NCBI RefSeq assembly: GCF_018350175.1 | Contig: NC_058368.1 | Coordinates: 123,754,001 to 123,818,000, forward strand | From: Felis catus | Lineage: Eukaryota | Direction: 5' to 3' | Length of the DNA stretch: 64,000 nucleotides | Shown here: positions 24,636 through 35,665 of the stretch, piece after piece | How the letters are laid out: every line of letters begins with the position of its first letter | How positions within the stretch are numbered: the first letter of the stretch is position 1 | Notes under the pieces: model-generated | Told to the model about the DNA's origin: nothing | Database searches by the model: none | The model's input: only the letters and a program-made list of their open reading frames with translations | Made by a program: the position numbers and the translations under genes

Positions 24636-25225
24636 CTCAAACTTTGCACATTGAAATCATCTGGGGTGTTGGTTAAACAGGCTTCCGGTGGTAGGGTCGG
24701 GGGAAGAGGTAGCAGGCGCCATGTGGGCTCTGAAGGTGGCAAGAGGAAGACCCTGAAGCAGCCCAAGAAGCAGGTCAAGGAAATGGACGAGATAAGACAT
24801 TCAACCAGAAACAGAAAGAGGAGGAGAAGAAACTCAAGGAGCTAAAAACGCAGGCTATGGGGAAGGGCCCCCTGCCACAGTTAGAATTAAGAAATCTGGT
24901 AAAAAGTAAGCTGTTCCTTGTGCCTGAGGCAATGGTAATCCTAAATTCCATTCCTGTTTAAACTTCTGGATTCCCTGTCATAGCATCTGTTGCCACCTAA
25001 AGCTTAAATGAAGTGTTGGAAGTGTTGCCTTTGATCCTGTTTACATTTAAGAATAAACTTAAAAAAAAAAAATCAATCATAAAGAAAAAAATACAAGTGC
25101 CCAGCTTCATATCCAGAAATTCTGATTTTAAGATGAAGATCTAGTGTGGAACCCAAACATTGTTTTGTTATCATATTTAACAAATTCCCCAGGAGATTCT
25201 GATGCCCATCAGAATTTGAAAACCT
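24636..25225 (+). mobile_element. MER5A-type hAT-Charlie DNA transposon fossil, split by the TMA7 retrocopy
   Basis: The left part ctcaaactttgcacattgaaatcatctggggtgttggttaaa and the right part ...ccagaaattctgattt...taacaaattccccaggagattctgatgc...tttgaaaacc join into a MER5A-like sequence. Confidence 0.65.
24681..25072 (+). pseudogene. TMA7: TMA7 (CCDC72, translation machinery associated 7) processed pseudogene
   Basis: Intronless copy with a 5' UTR (...gcaggcgccATG at 24721). Coding pieces EGGKRKTLKQPKKQVKEMD, DKTFNQKQKEEEKKLKELKTQAMGKGPL and IKKSGKK* (TAA 24907-24909) fall in shifting frames and match TMA7 [64 protein letters not shown]. Three deletions (1+4+1 nt) are present. 3' UTR, AATAAA at 25052-25057 and a poly(A) remnant at 25061-25072 follow. 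Confidence 0.93.
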
Positions 25226-25261
25226 CAGGTCTAGTTTGCCCACATTTTCACTTTCCAGACA

Positions 25262-25471
25262 TTTTTTTTTAACATGTATTTATTTTTGAGTGCTACAGAG
25301 CACAGGCAGGGGAGGGGCAGAGAGAGAAGGAGAAACAGAATCTGAAGGAAGCTCCAGGCTCCGAGCAAGTGTTCAGCACAGAGCCTGACGCGGGGCTCAA
25401 ACCCATGAATCGTGAGATCATGACATGAGCTGAAGTCAGTCACTTATCCAACTGAGCCACCCAGGCACCCC
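25262..25471 (-). mobile_element. CanSINE
   Basis: TSD tccagaca-ttttt. Confidence 0.85.
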
Positions 25472-25544
25472 TCCAGACAATTTTTTATAGAATAAAATTA
25501 CTTCCTTCATCAATTATAACACATTAAGACCGCAGTACTTACAT

Positions 25545-25768
25545 AGTAATTAAACACCTGGGCTCAGGAATCAGGCTCGCAGAATACCTTTGAGCAAATT
25601 ACCAAAAACTTTCTCTGCACCATTTTTTTTACCTGTAAGATAAGAATGATAAAAATAGGAGCTATCTTATAGGTTTGTCGTGAGGATTAAATGAGATAAT
25701 ATGTCTAGAACACCTAGCACAGTGCCAAGGCACATAATAGGTACTCAATAAATGTTAGACATTATTAA
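25545..25768. mobile_element. MIR SINE remnant
   Basis: cctttgagcaaattac...cctgtaagataagaatgataa...gtgaggattaaatgagataat...gcacataataggtactcaataaatgttag. Confidence 0.7.
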
Positions 25769-25967
25769 TTGAAGATTTCTGTCACCTCCTCATCGGTACC
25801 AAGTTGATGGTGTGTCCTATTAGCCTATGAATAGTGTTCAGGAGCCCTCCAAACCCTTTGCAATTTGATGTTAAATTTTCTTTATGCATTCTGCTGTGAA
25901 ACAGATATACAGAGAGCTCTTCCCAGATTCTCAAAGGGGGTCTGTAACACTGTACTGAACTCTAGAA

Positions 25968-26125
25968 GCTAGCTTCTCAAAAACTGCCCTTGACTGGCAA
26001 TGTCTGCATTCCCTGAGACTTCTCAGGCAGACTCAGACTGCACTCAAGAATGACTAAATCAAAATCTGCACTTCAACAAGATGCCAAGTGATTCCTGTGC
26101 ACATGCACATCTGAGAAGCATGCTC
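25968..26125 (+). mobile_element. MER5-family DNA transposon fossil
   Basis: cttctcaaa...aatcaaaatctgcacttcaacaagatgccaagtgattcctgtgcaca...tgagaagca. Confidence 0.55.
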
Positions 26126-26794
26126 CAGAAATTTTCCAAATTTCCCTGATAATGAGAATAACCTAGTATGCTTATCAAATATGCAGATGATCTGATGTCT
26201 TCCTTGGAAATCATGATTCATTAAGTCTGGATTATTTTTATATTTAAGGAGGAAATACCAGTCTCAAAGATGAAGCTATCTGCAAGCGAAGAATTGGTCA
26301 GAGAATCTATTTTTTGCTGAACTAGACTTCCTGCTACAGTCTCTTTACCCTCTGCGTGTAACAGTGGAGGACAGAGTACTTAGGCTTCTTCAAATCGCAG
26401 ATGATTTCCAGTTCCTATGCATATGAATCCTTGTGATCAATCTTTGTTTTCCCTAGCAAGCATGAGTCTGTACCTAGCTACAAAAAATGCCCAATACAAT
26501 ACCACTAATTACCTTGGGGATTTGTAAAATGCAATACGTGATACATTTAAAGCAACACTTGTGACATTACACCTAACGAATTGCCATGCAACATAAGAAC
26601 TAAAACATCTCCCATATTGAAGTTACCTGGCTATTCCTTCTCAATCCCATACCCCCAGCCTGCTCCATTTTCCAACCCTTCCAACACAGAGGTGACCACA
26701 TTCTACATTTTGCCTTTATCACTGACTTTATTTAAAAGAAAATCATGGCTTTACCACATATTTGTCCCTAGTCAGTGTTTTATATGTTTTGAAT

Positions 26795-27011
26795 TTAATT
26801 TTTTTAATTTTTTAATGTTTATTTATTATTAAGAGACAGAGAGAGTATGAGCATGGGAGGGGCAGAGAGAGGGGGAGACACACAATTTGAAGCAGGCGCC
26901 AGGCTCTGAGCTCTCAGCACAGAGCCCAACGTGGGGCTTGAACTCACAAACCGCGAGATCATGGCCTGAGCCAAAGTCAGATGTTTAACCAACTGAGCCA
27001 CCCAAGACCCC
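26795..27011 (-). mobile_element. CanSINE
   Basis: TSD atatgttttgaattt. Confidence 0.85.
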
Positions 27012-27249
27012 ATATGTTTTGAATTTTATAAAAACAGTATCATACTATGTACACTAGTGAGGGTTTGCTTTTTTACTCACCATTATTTCTAGTGTATTCA
27101 TGTTGTTTCCTGTTGCTACATCAATCATTCTCACTGATGGATAAATTTCCATTTGTGTGAATATGCTATTCTACTTATCCATTCACCTGTCAATAGGCAT
27201 CTGGTGGTTTCCTTTAGAGTTTTAAAATGTATTTCAAAAAATACCCTTA

Positions 27250-27475
27250 GGGGGCACCTGGGTGGATCAGTCCATTAAGCGTCTGACTCTTGATTTCAGC
27301 TCAGGTCATGATCTTGCAGTTCATGAGTTTGAGTCCCGCATTGGGCTTTGTGTTGAGAGTGCGAGCCTGCTTGGGATTCTCACTCTCTCCCTCTTTCTCT
27401 TCCCCTCCCCACCACTCGCACTCTCTCTCAAAATGAATAAATAAATAAACAAACAAACAAACAAAACTTTAAAAA
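27250..27475 (+). mobile_element. CanSINE
   Basis: TSD aaaatac(c/a)cttagg. Confidence 0.85.
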
Positions 27476-27540
27476 TTACAAAATACACTTAGGCAGGAGT
27501 ATCTCCATAGCACTTTATAGGAGTGGAATTGCTAGGGTAT

Positions 27541-27904
27541 TGGGGTAGGCTGACAATGCCCCCCAAAGATATGTCCACATCCTAATCCTTCAAACTTATG
27601 ACCTTATTTGGAAAAAGAGTTTTAGTAAATGTAATTAAGTTAAAGATCTTGAGATAGGGAAATTATCCTGAATCATCCTAGTGAGCCCTAATTGCAATCC
27701 AACTGTCCTTATAAAGTGGGAGCCAGAAGGAGATTTGAATCCAGACAGAAGAGAAGGCAAGGTACTTTGTCAACACCTTGATTTCAGTCCAGTGAAACTG
27801 ATGTTAAACTTCTGGTCTCCAGAACTGTGAGGGAATAAACTACTATCGTTTTAAGTCCTCAAGTTTGTGGTGACTTGCCACAGCAGACACCGGAAACTAA
27901 TACA
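27541..27904 (+). mobile_element. MaLR solo LTR (MLT1C/D-like)
   Basis: tggggtaggctgacaatgccccccaaagatatgtccacatcctaatcc...ctccagaactgtgagggaataaa...cagcagacaccggaaactaataca, flanked by ggtat/ggtag (5-bp TSD, 1 mismatch). Confidence 0.8.
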
Positions 27905-28666
27905 GGTAGGCATACGTACAAATTGAGAAGGTAATGCCAAACTATTTTCTACTGAGGATGTGCCAATGTCATGTATCAAATATTAGTTCCAGTGGTGGTT
28001 CCAAAATTTCTGTATAGGAGGGTTTAGGAAACTTGTATTGAAGCTATATTTACATGATACTTAAAAAACAATGGGGAAAAAGACCACCAAAGGTCCCTAT
28101 CAAAGAATGTTGGTGGAGAGAGTGGGTTGCCAATCATGGACACATTTTCAGGTTATTAGTTTGCAGACTTGCTAATCACAACTGATCCAGTCCTCTGCTT
28201 CCTTGTATTATTCTCTTGCTGTTGGAAACCATGGAGAGTCATCTTGTTGGCCCATGGTCAGGGAGGTCAGGGAGGTGTAACTAGTTCTTAGATACCTGAA
28301 CGGGTTTTTAAGATCATTGGCATGTCATGTGTTTATTGGAATGATTTCCCTGTTTATGAAGCTATTTTTGTTGTTATACCAAGAGCATGTTTATGTAAAA
28401 GCATTGCCCTGGCCTTTGCACCTTGCAGAAACAGCACTTTTCTTCATGACAGACGCTCCAAGGACACGGAAGGGGTTGAACTACAGGTAAGTCCCCTGTG
28501 CCCTTTACTCTTTGCATATCTGTTTGATTCGATATAGTTCGTAACTCAATCTTGCCAAACTCCTGACGTTCCAGGTCTCTTTTGCTGCTGCTGACAGTTG
28601 CAGCCCATTAGGTATAAAAGCATGAGATTTTTAAAAATTTTGCATTTCCAGCAATCAGGAGGATGG

Positions 28667-29372
28667 TATATTAGTCTCTGTTGCCACTTTAACAAATTAC
28701 CACAAATGTAGTAGTGTAAACCAAAACAAATTGATTATTTTATAGTTCTGTGGGTCACATCCAACATGTATCTCAGTGGGCTAAAATCAAGATGTTGGCA
28801 GGGCTGTGCTCCCTTCTGGAAGATGTAAAGGAGAACCCATTTCTTTGCCTTCCTCAGCTTCTTTCTAAAGGCTGCTCACATTCCTTGGCTCAAAGTTTCC
28901 CTCCTACCTCTTCAAAGCCAGCAACAGTTCATCTCTCTGACCATTTTCCCGTAGTCCCATCTCCCTCTGACCACATTGAGAGAAGTTCTCCAACTTTTAA
29001 AAATTAATTGATGTATTTATTTTGAGGGATGGGGGGTAGAGAAAGAGAGAGACAGAATCCGCTCCATGCCATCAGCACAGAGCCCGCCGACACAGGGCTC
29101 GAACCCACGAACTGAACAGTGAGATCATGACCTGAACCAAGATCAAGAGAGGATGCTTAACCAGCTAAGCCACCCAGGTGCCCCAGAAGTTCTCCAATTT
29201 TAAAGACACGTGTGATTTTAGGTCCCAGGTATCCCAGAATAATCCCCCTTGTCAACATTCTTAAATTAATTACATCTGCAAAGTCCTTCTTGCCATATAA
29301 AGTAACATATTTGCAGATTCTGATAATTAGGACATGGACATTTTTGGGGGGAGCATCATTCTGCTTACCACA
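28667..29372 (-). mobile_element. MaLR solo LTR (MLT1D/E-like) interrupted by a CanSINE (~29005-29184)
   Basis: gtatattagtc...aacaaattaccacaaa...aaaatcaagatgttggcagggctg...ggacatggacatttttgggggg...attctgcttaccaca. The SINE TSD is agaagttctccaa. Confidence 0.75.
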
Positions 29373-29505
29373 GATTTGTTTAAAGAGGGAAATACAGAAA
29401 AAATACCATGCTTATTTAGTAACAAGAGCTATAGGCATGTATGCCATATAAGCAAATTGTTGTTCTGAGGGCCCATTAGAGCATTTCCTTTAAAACTTTT
29501 TATTG

Positions 29506-29703
29506 AGGAGCACCTGGGTGGCTCAGTCATTTGAGCATCTGACTCTTGATTTCTGCTCAAGTCATGATCTCATAGTTCATGGGTTTGAGCCCTGTGTCAG
29601 CCTCTGAGCTGTGGTGTGGAGTCTGCTTGGGATTCTCTCTGTCTGCCTCTCCCCTGCTCATGCTCTCTCTCTCAAAAATAAATAAAAATAAACTTAAAAA
29701 AAT
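29506..29703 (+). mobile_element. CanSINE
   Basis: Head gaggagcacctgggtggctcagtc, (CT)n body and A-tail. Confidence 0.8.
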
Positions 29704-29729
29704 ACCTTTTATTGAAGTATAATCTCCAC

Positions 29730-29763
29730 ACACTTGATCTTAGCCAAAAGACGAAGAAGCAAT
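29730..29763 (-). pseudogene. RNU2: U2 snRNA 3'-truncated (tailless) retrocopy, U2 nt ~1-34
   Basis: The minus strand reads ATTGCTTCTTCGTCTTTTGGCTAAGATCAAGTGT, against the U2 5' end ATCGCTTCTCGGCCTTTTGGCTAAGATCAAGTGT. Flanked by 15-bp direct repeats gaagtataatctcca (29714-29728) and gaaatataatctcca (29764-29778). Confidence 0.9.
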
Positions 29764-29999
29764 GAAATATAATCTCCATAAATAAAAGTGCACTTATTAT
29801 CAGAGTACAGGTGGATAAATTTTTTCTAAACTAACACATCCTTGTAACCTGTGCCCAGAAAAAGATACAAAATATTGACCACTCTGTAGAAAATCTCCCC
29901 ATATCCTCTCCAGTCATTACTCGTGTCAAGGGTAATTGCTGTTTTAACTTCTGGCATCATAAATTAATTTTGTATACATTTCAACTTAATATCAATGGA

Positions 30000-30187
30000 T
30001 AAGTTTATTTATTTATTTTAAGAGAGAAAGAGCACTGAAGGGGCAGAGAGAGAGAGGGAGAGAGAGAGAATCACAAGCAGGCTCTGCACCATCAGCATGA
30101 ATCCTGATCCGGGGTTCAAACTCATGAACCATGAGATCATGACCTGGGCCGAAATCGACAGTCAGTTGCTTAACCGACTGGCACCCC
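30000..30187 (-). mobile_element. CanSINE
   Basis: aagtttatttattt...(AG)n...gcttaaccgactggcacccc. Confidence 0.8.
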
Positions 30188-30221
30188 TAGTATGTACTCT
30201 CAACAATATAGACTATCTTAG

Positions 30222-31354
30222 GATCTCTTTTGCACTGCTGGTGGGAATGAAAACTGGTGCAGCCACTCTGGAAAACAGTATGGAGGTTCCTCAAAAAATT
30301 AAAGATAGAACTACCCTACGACCCAGCAATCGCACTACTAGGTATTTATCCAAGGGATATGGGTATGCTGTTTTAAAAGGGCACATGCACCACAATGTTT
30401 ATAGCAGCATTATCAACAATAGCCAAAGTATGGAAAGAGCCCAAATGTCCATCAATGGATGAATGGATAAAGAAGATATGATATATATATACAATGGAGT
30501 ATTACTCGGCAATCAAAAAGAACGAAATCTTGCCATTTGTAACTACTTGGATAGAACTAGAGGGTATTATGCTAAGCAAAATTAGTCAGTTGGAGAAAGA
30601 CAAATATCATATGACTTCACTCATATGAGGACTTTAAGACACAGAACAGATGAACACAAGGGAAAGGAAGCAACAATAATATAAAAGCAGGGAAGGGGAC
30701 AAAACATAACAGACTGTTAAATATGGAGAACAGACAGAGGGTTACTGGAGGGGATGTGGGAAGGAGATGGGCTTAACGGATAAGGCACATTAAAGAATCT
30801 ACTCCTGGGGCGCCTGGGTGGCGCAGTCGGTTGAGCGTCCGACTTCAGCCAGGTCACGATCTCGCAGTCCGTGAGTTCGGCCCCGCATCAGGCTCTGGGC
30901 TGATGGCTCAGTGCCTGGACCCTGTTTCCGATTCTGTGTCTCCCTCTCTCTCTGCCCCTCCCCCGTTCATGCTCTGTCTCTCTCTGTCCCAAAAATAAAT
31001 AAATAAACGTTGAAAAAAAAATTAAAAAAAAAAATAATCTACTCCTGAAATCATTGTTACACTATATGCTAACTAACTTGGATGTAAATTTTAAAAATAA
31101 AATAATAGGGGCGCCTGGGTGGCGCAGTCGGTTGAGCGTCCGACTTCAGCCAGGTCACGATCTCACGGTCCGTGAGTTCGAGCCCCGCGTCAGGCTCTGG
31201 GCTGATGGCTCGGAGCCTGGAGCCTGTTTCCGATTCTGTGTCTCCCTCTCTCTCTGCCCCACCCCGTTCATGCTCTGTCTCTCTCTGTCCCAAAAATAAA
31301 TACAAAATGTTAAAAAAAAAATTAAAAAAAAATAAATAAAATAAAATAATAAAA
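30222..31354 (+). mobile_element. 5'-truncated feliform L1 3' end with two nested young SINEC_Fc copies
   Basis: ORF2 C-terminal segment (gcagccactctggaaaacagtatggaggttcctc...) and 3' UTR. 17-bp TSD aatatagactatcttag at 30205-30221 and 31355-31371. SINEs at 30807-31035 (TSD aatctactcctg) and ~31108-31350 in the A-tail. Confidence 0.9.
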
Positions 31355-31667
31355 AATATAGACTATCTTAGTATCAATGGCATCATAAACATGTACTTAT
31401 TTTACTCAACATTATTTTTGTGAATCCACCTATTTGGTACATATAGCTATAAATTATTCATTCTTATTGCTGTGGAGTTTTCCATTCTGTAAATATACCA
31501 CCATTTCTTTATCCTTTCTGTTATTTATAGGCACTTGGATAGTTTTCAAGTTTGGAGCTATCATGACTTGTGCTGCTATAGACACTACTGTTTATGTCTT
31601 TTGGTGAACATGTAAACACACTTCCAATGGGTTGCACCTGGAAGTGGTGTTGCTGAGTCATAAGGGA

Positions 31668-31671
<4 letters not shown>

Positions 31672-31719
<48 letters not shown>

Positions 31720-31786
31720 TATATGTATATGTATATATGTATATATATGTATATATATTTATATATGCATATATATATATATATAT
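31672..31786. repeat. (TA)n compound microsatellite
   Basis: Pure (TA)n followed by interrupted TA/TG repeats. Confidence 0.95.
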
Positions 31787-32077
31787 CTCCAAAATATCTT
31801 TATCAAAATATCTTTACCATTCTTACCAGCAATGTATGAGAACTTCAATTATTCCACATCCTCACCAATACTTTTTTTTTTTACAGCCTATAGTTTTCTC
31901 TATATACATTCTGCTAGGTGTGTAGAAGTATTTCATTATGGTTAAGATTTGCATTTCCCTAATGACAAATGAAGGTGAGCATCTCTTTATACATTTATCA
32001 GACATTTTGTGCATTTTTCTATTTGATTGTCTTTTTCTTAGATTTTTAGGAGGCCTTACTATATTCTGGAAACAATC

Positions 32078-32290
32078 TTTTTTTTTTTTTAAGTTTATTC
32101 ATTTTTGAGAGACAGAGAGAGACAGAGCATGAGTGGGGGAGGTGAAGAGAGAGAGGGAGACACAAAATCTGAAGCAGGCTCTAGGCTCTGATCTGGCAGC
32201 ATAGAGCCCAATGCGGGGCTCCAACTCACCGCGAGATCGTGACCTGAGTCCAAGTCAGACGCCCAACCGATTGAGCCACCCAGGTGCCCC
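32078..32290 (-). mobile_element. CanSINE
   Basis: TSD tggaaacaatcttttt. Confidence 0.88.
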
Positions 32291-33530
32291 TGGAAACAAT
32301 CTTTTTGATGGATATATCAGTGGGTTGTCTTTTTATGAGCATAAGTTTTTAATTTTAACATAGTCCAAACCAATTTGCCCATTTCTCCCTTTATGGTTAG
32401 CATTTTTGCTGTCCTTTCTTAACAAAATAAAACAAGCAAACAAAAAGCTGTCTTCTATTTTCTTTTAACTTTGTTTTCTTTTTCAACTTAAAATAGGATG
32501 AATACTCATTTTAGAAATATATGGGTAATGAAAAAGGAATCAGAGGGGGAAAAAATCAACCATAATTCAATACCCCACAACAAAGATACTTAATTCATGT
32601 TTTATGACCTTTTGATGTTTGACTTTGAAAAAAAATTACATGTCATGGTAATTGGGTGAGACCAATTACATGGAAATTTGGACTTCATTTCATTTATTAA
32701 TATAAAAGTATTAAATGTACCAACCTACATTGAAAAATTAACCTATTAATCTCAGTACATTTTACTTTCTCCTAAGTCTTAATTGTTCTTCCAGTAATAC
32801 TATATTTTTGCTTTCCTAGGAATATAACACTTTGCTACAAAACTGTGGTAGAAATCTAACATAATAAGCATCTGAAACTCCTTATCTCATAACATGTATT
32901 TTTTTTGCAAAAATAAGATAGTGACTAATATTCATTGCCAGGTAGATAAAAATAAAACCTTAGTTCATAGGCATGGTTTTCTAGTTTTAAAAAACACTGA
33001 CTTAATCCCTATAAAATATTCAGTTCACCAAAAAGTTCTGGGGCCTTAAAAATAAAAATAGTTTCAGAAAAACAACCTATCATTTCCTTTTCACACCAGA
33101 AATATTTGTTGGATTGTGTTGAAAAGAATCTCTTTCAAATTCTTTCCCCTAATTCTGATCAGATAATTTCCCTTGCACACTATACACATCCAATCAATAA
33201 ATATCTATCAAGCACCTACTGTATGCTAGGTACTCCAGTCATATGGCTTCCAGAAGACATTGTACCCTTGTGACCTTGTTGAAGACCACAGGATGCAGCC
33301 TTTGGGGAGGCACCAAGCTTCATTACACATTTGTAATGTGTAATGGGGTATAATTTGGAGAATCCTGAGGCATACACCCCATGACCCCACCAGCATGGCT
33401 GGGCCCTTTCTGCCTTATTCTTGCCCACCTGCTCCAGTAGCGAGTGGAAACCTGGTTCTGAACTCTAGCTAGCTCTGTGGCTGGAGCCCTGCAGCAGTTA
33501 GAATCCTTCAAGGAAACAAAAGCTGTTCTG

Positions 33531-33689
33531 GGGCACCTGGGTGGCTCAGTCTGTTGAGCATCTGAATCTTGGTTTTGGCTTAGGTCATGATCTCATGGTT
33601 TGTGAGTTCAAGCCCCGCATTGGGTTCTGCGCTGACAGTGAGAAACCTGCTTGGGATTCTTTCTCTCCCTCTCTCTCTGCCCCTCTGCT

Positions 33690-33747
<58 letters not shown>

Positions 33748-33788
33748 TAAGTAAACTTTAAACATTTTGAAAAAGTGTTAAAAAAAGA
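33531..33788 (+). mobile_element. CanSINE with a (CT)n(CA)n expansion
   Basis: Head ggggcacctgggtggctcagtc. Microsatellite at ~33693-33748. Confidence 0.85.
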
Positions 33789-34559
33789 AACTGTTCTGAA
33801 TATGTAAAATATAATCTAATAAAAGGAATTGGTTACGTGGATGATGAAATAGCTGAGAAGCCAATATGGGATGTTCAGGTATCCCAGATATTAGCAGCAG
33901 CAGAAGGAAGGCACTACCGCCTGAAAGCTAGAGAGAAAGGGTAGAAAATGATACGATTAGAGCCCCCATCGGTGGGAATCAGCTAATGGGAGCAAGAACC
34001 ACAATGGGTCTGCCTGATGGAAGTGGAAATCATGAAGAATATACGATTGCTGCCAGAGAAGGTTAAGACAGAAAAGCAGGGAAAATGCCCTGCTTTCTTT
34101 CTTCTGCCCTTCAGATTTATGCCAGTGCCTGATCCCCACTTAACGACAGGCTGTATGGGGCTAGGAAACAGCCTGCAAGAACCAGGCACCCTACTATGCT
34201 GAGCAGAGAGGACAAAGAGCTGGAAGAATAGATCTGAGAATGGGTAACCCAGGACTAACAGGACCATTCTGAGACATCTTGGATGTCACCTACCTGTTTT
34301 ATAGTTTACCTGCTTTATATTTACTTGCAGCTGAGCTCTGAGCATTCGCATATCAGAATTCGTATTATCTCTCGCTGGAACTCCCCATCACCAGCTTCTT
34401 GCCTCAGTCCATATTGGAATCACATGGAGCCGGTTTGAAGAACTACAGATTCTTGGACTTCTCCCCAGATAGTGAATAAGAGTCTTTGGAGATAAAGTAG
34501 AAAAACGTATATTTTTAACACCTCAACTTGATTCTGATGTAGACAGTCTTTGGACTCAT

Positions 34560-35000
34560 TTTTTTTTTAAGTTTATTTATTTAATCTCTACGCCCAATGT
34601 GGGGCTAGAACTCACAACCCCGAGATCAAGAGTCACATGCTCTTCCGACTGAGCCACTGCTAGACTCATTTTTTTTTTTTCAACGTTTATTTATTTTTGG
34701 GACAGAGAGAGACAGAGCATGAACGGGGGAGGGGCAGAGAGAGAGGGAGACACAGAGTCGGAAACAGGTAGACTCATTTTTAAAGTAGTGCTGGGCACCT
34801 GGGTGGTTCAGTCGGTTAAATGTCCTACTTCCCCTCAAATCATGATCTCCTGGTTTGTGGGCTTGAGCCCTCCGTCAGGCTCTCTGCTGTCAGTGTGGAG
34901 CCCACTTCAGATCCTCTGTCCCCCTCTCTTCCTGCCCCTCCCCCGCTCATGTTCTGTTTCTCTCTCTCTCAAACATAAATAAATTTAAAAAATTAAAATT
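34560..35000. mobile_element. Cluster of CanSINEs (two truncated minus-strand copies, one plus-strand copy)
   Basis: Minus copies at ~34560-34657 and ~34670-34768 are separated by three copies of gactcatttt. The plus copy starts at ~34793. Confidence 0.8.
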
Positions 35001-35339
35001 GTGCTAAAAGATGGGACTACCCTAATTCCAAACTTCTAGATCTTCCAATTTGCTTTCATCCTGGTAGAATGAAACCTGCCATGCCAAGCTGGACTGTAGA
35101 ATGAGGGTATTCTCCAAACACACTTGTTTAATACATAAAAATATACAAACTTTATATTTACATTATCACTAAAATCTGCATGATAGATTAACTTCAGTAT
35201 CATTCTTATAACCAGATTGTGTCCAACAGTGTCTGTGAATATACTGTTTTTTCTGGTTTAAATTGAATTAAACTTGGTATTAAAAAGAAAACTTTCTCTG
35301 TCATCTGATTTTAGTTAATAATGAGATTGGCCATTTTAT

Positions 35340-35530
35340 TTAAATACATGTTTGTTTATTTTTGATAGCGAGAGTGCAAGCAAGGGAGGGGCAGAAAGAG
35401 GGGGACAGAGAATCTGAAGCGGGCTCCATGCTGTCAGCAAAGAGCCCGCTCTGAGGCTCAAACGCATGAACCTCAAGATCATGACCTGAGCGGAAGTCAG
35501 ACGCTCAACTGACTGAGCCTCCCAGGCGTT
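35340..35530 (-). mobile_element. CanSINE
   Basis: TSD g(a/g)gattggccat. Confidence 0.8.
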
Positions 35531-35630
35531 CTGGGATTGGCCATATAGACTTTAGCCATAATTGTGTATATTTCACAGAGTTTAAAAGGCACTAAATATC
35601 AGAACCACGTATCTATAGAAGATAGGATTC

Positions 35631-35665
35631 ATTGCTTCTCAGCCTTTTGGCTAAGATCAAGTGTA
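35631..35665 (+). pseudogene. RNU2: U2 snRNA 3'-truncated (tailless) retrocopy, U2 nt 1-35
   Basis: ATTGCTTCTCAGCCTTTTGGCTAAGATCAAGTGTA has 2 mismatches to U2, both at CpG. Flanked by the TSD agaagataggattc at 35617-35630 and 35667-35680. Confidence 0.93.

Noticed and set aside
24651..24845. 64-aa ORF as an intact TMA7 retrogene
   Set aside because: Starts at a TTG in MER5A and matches TMA7 for only ~20 residues between frameshifts. The native ATG frame stops at codon 12.
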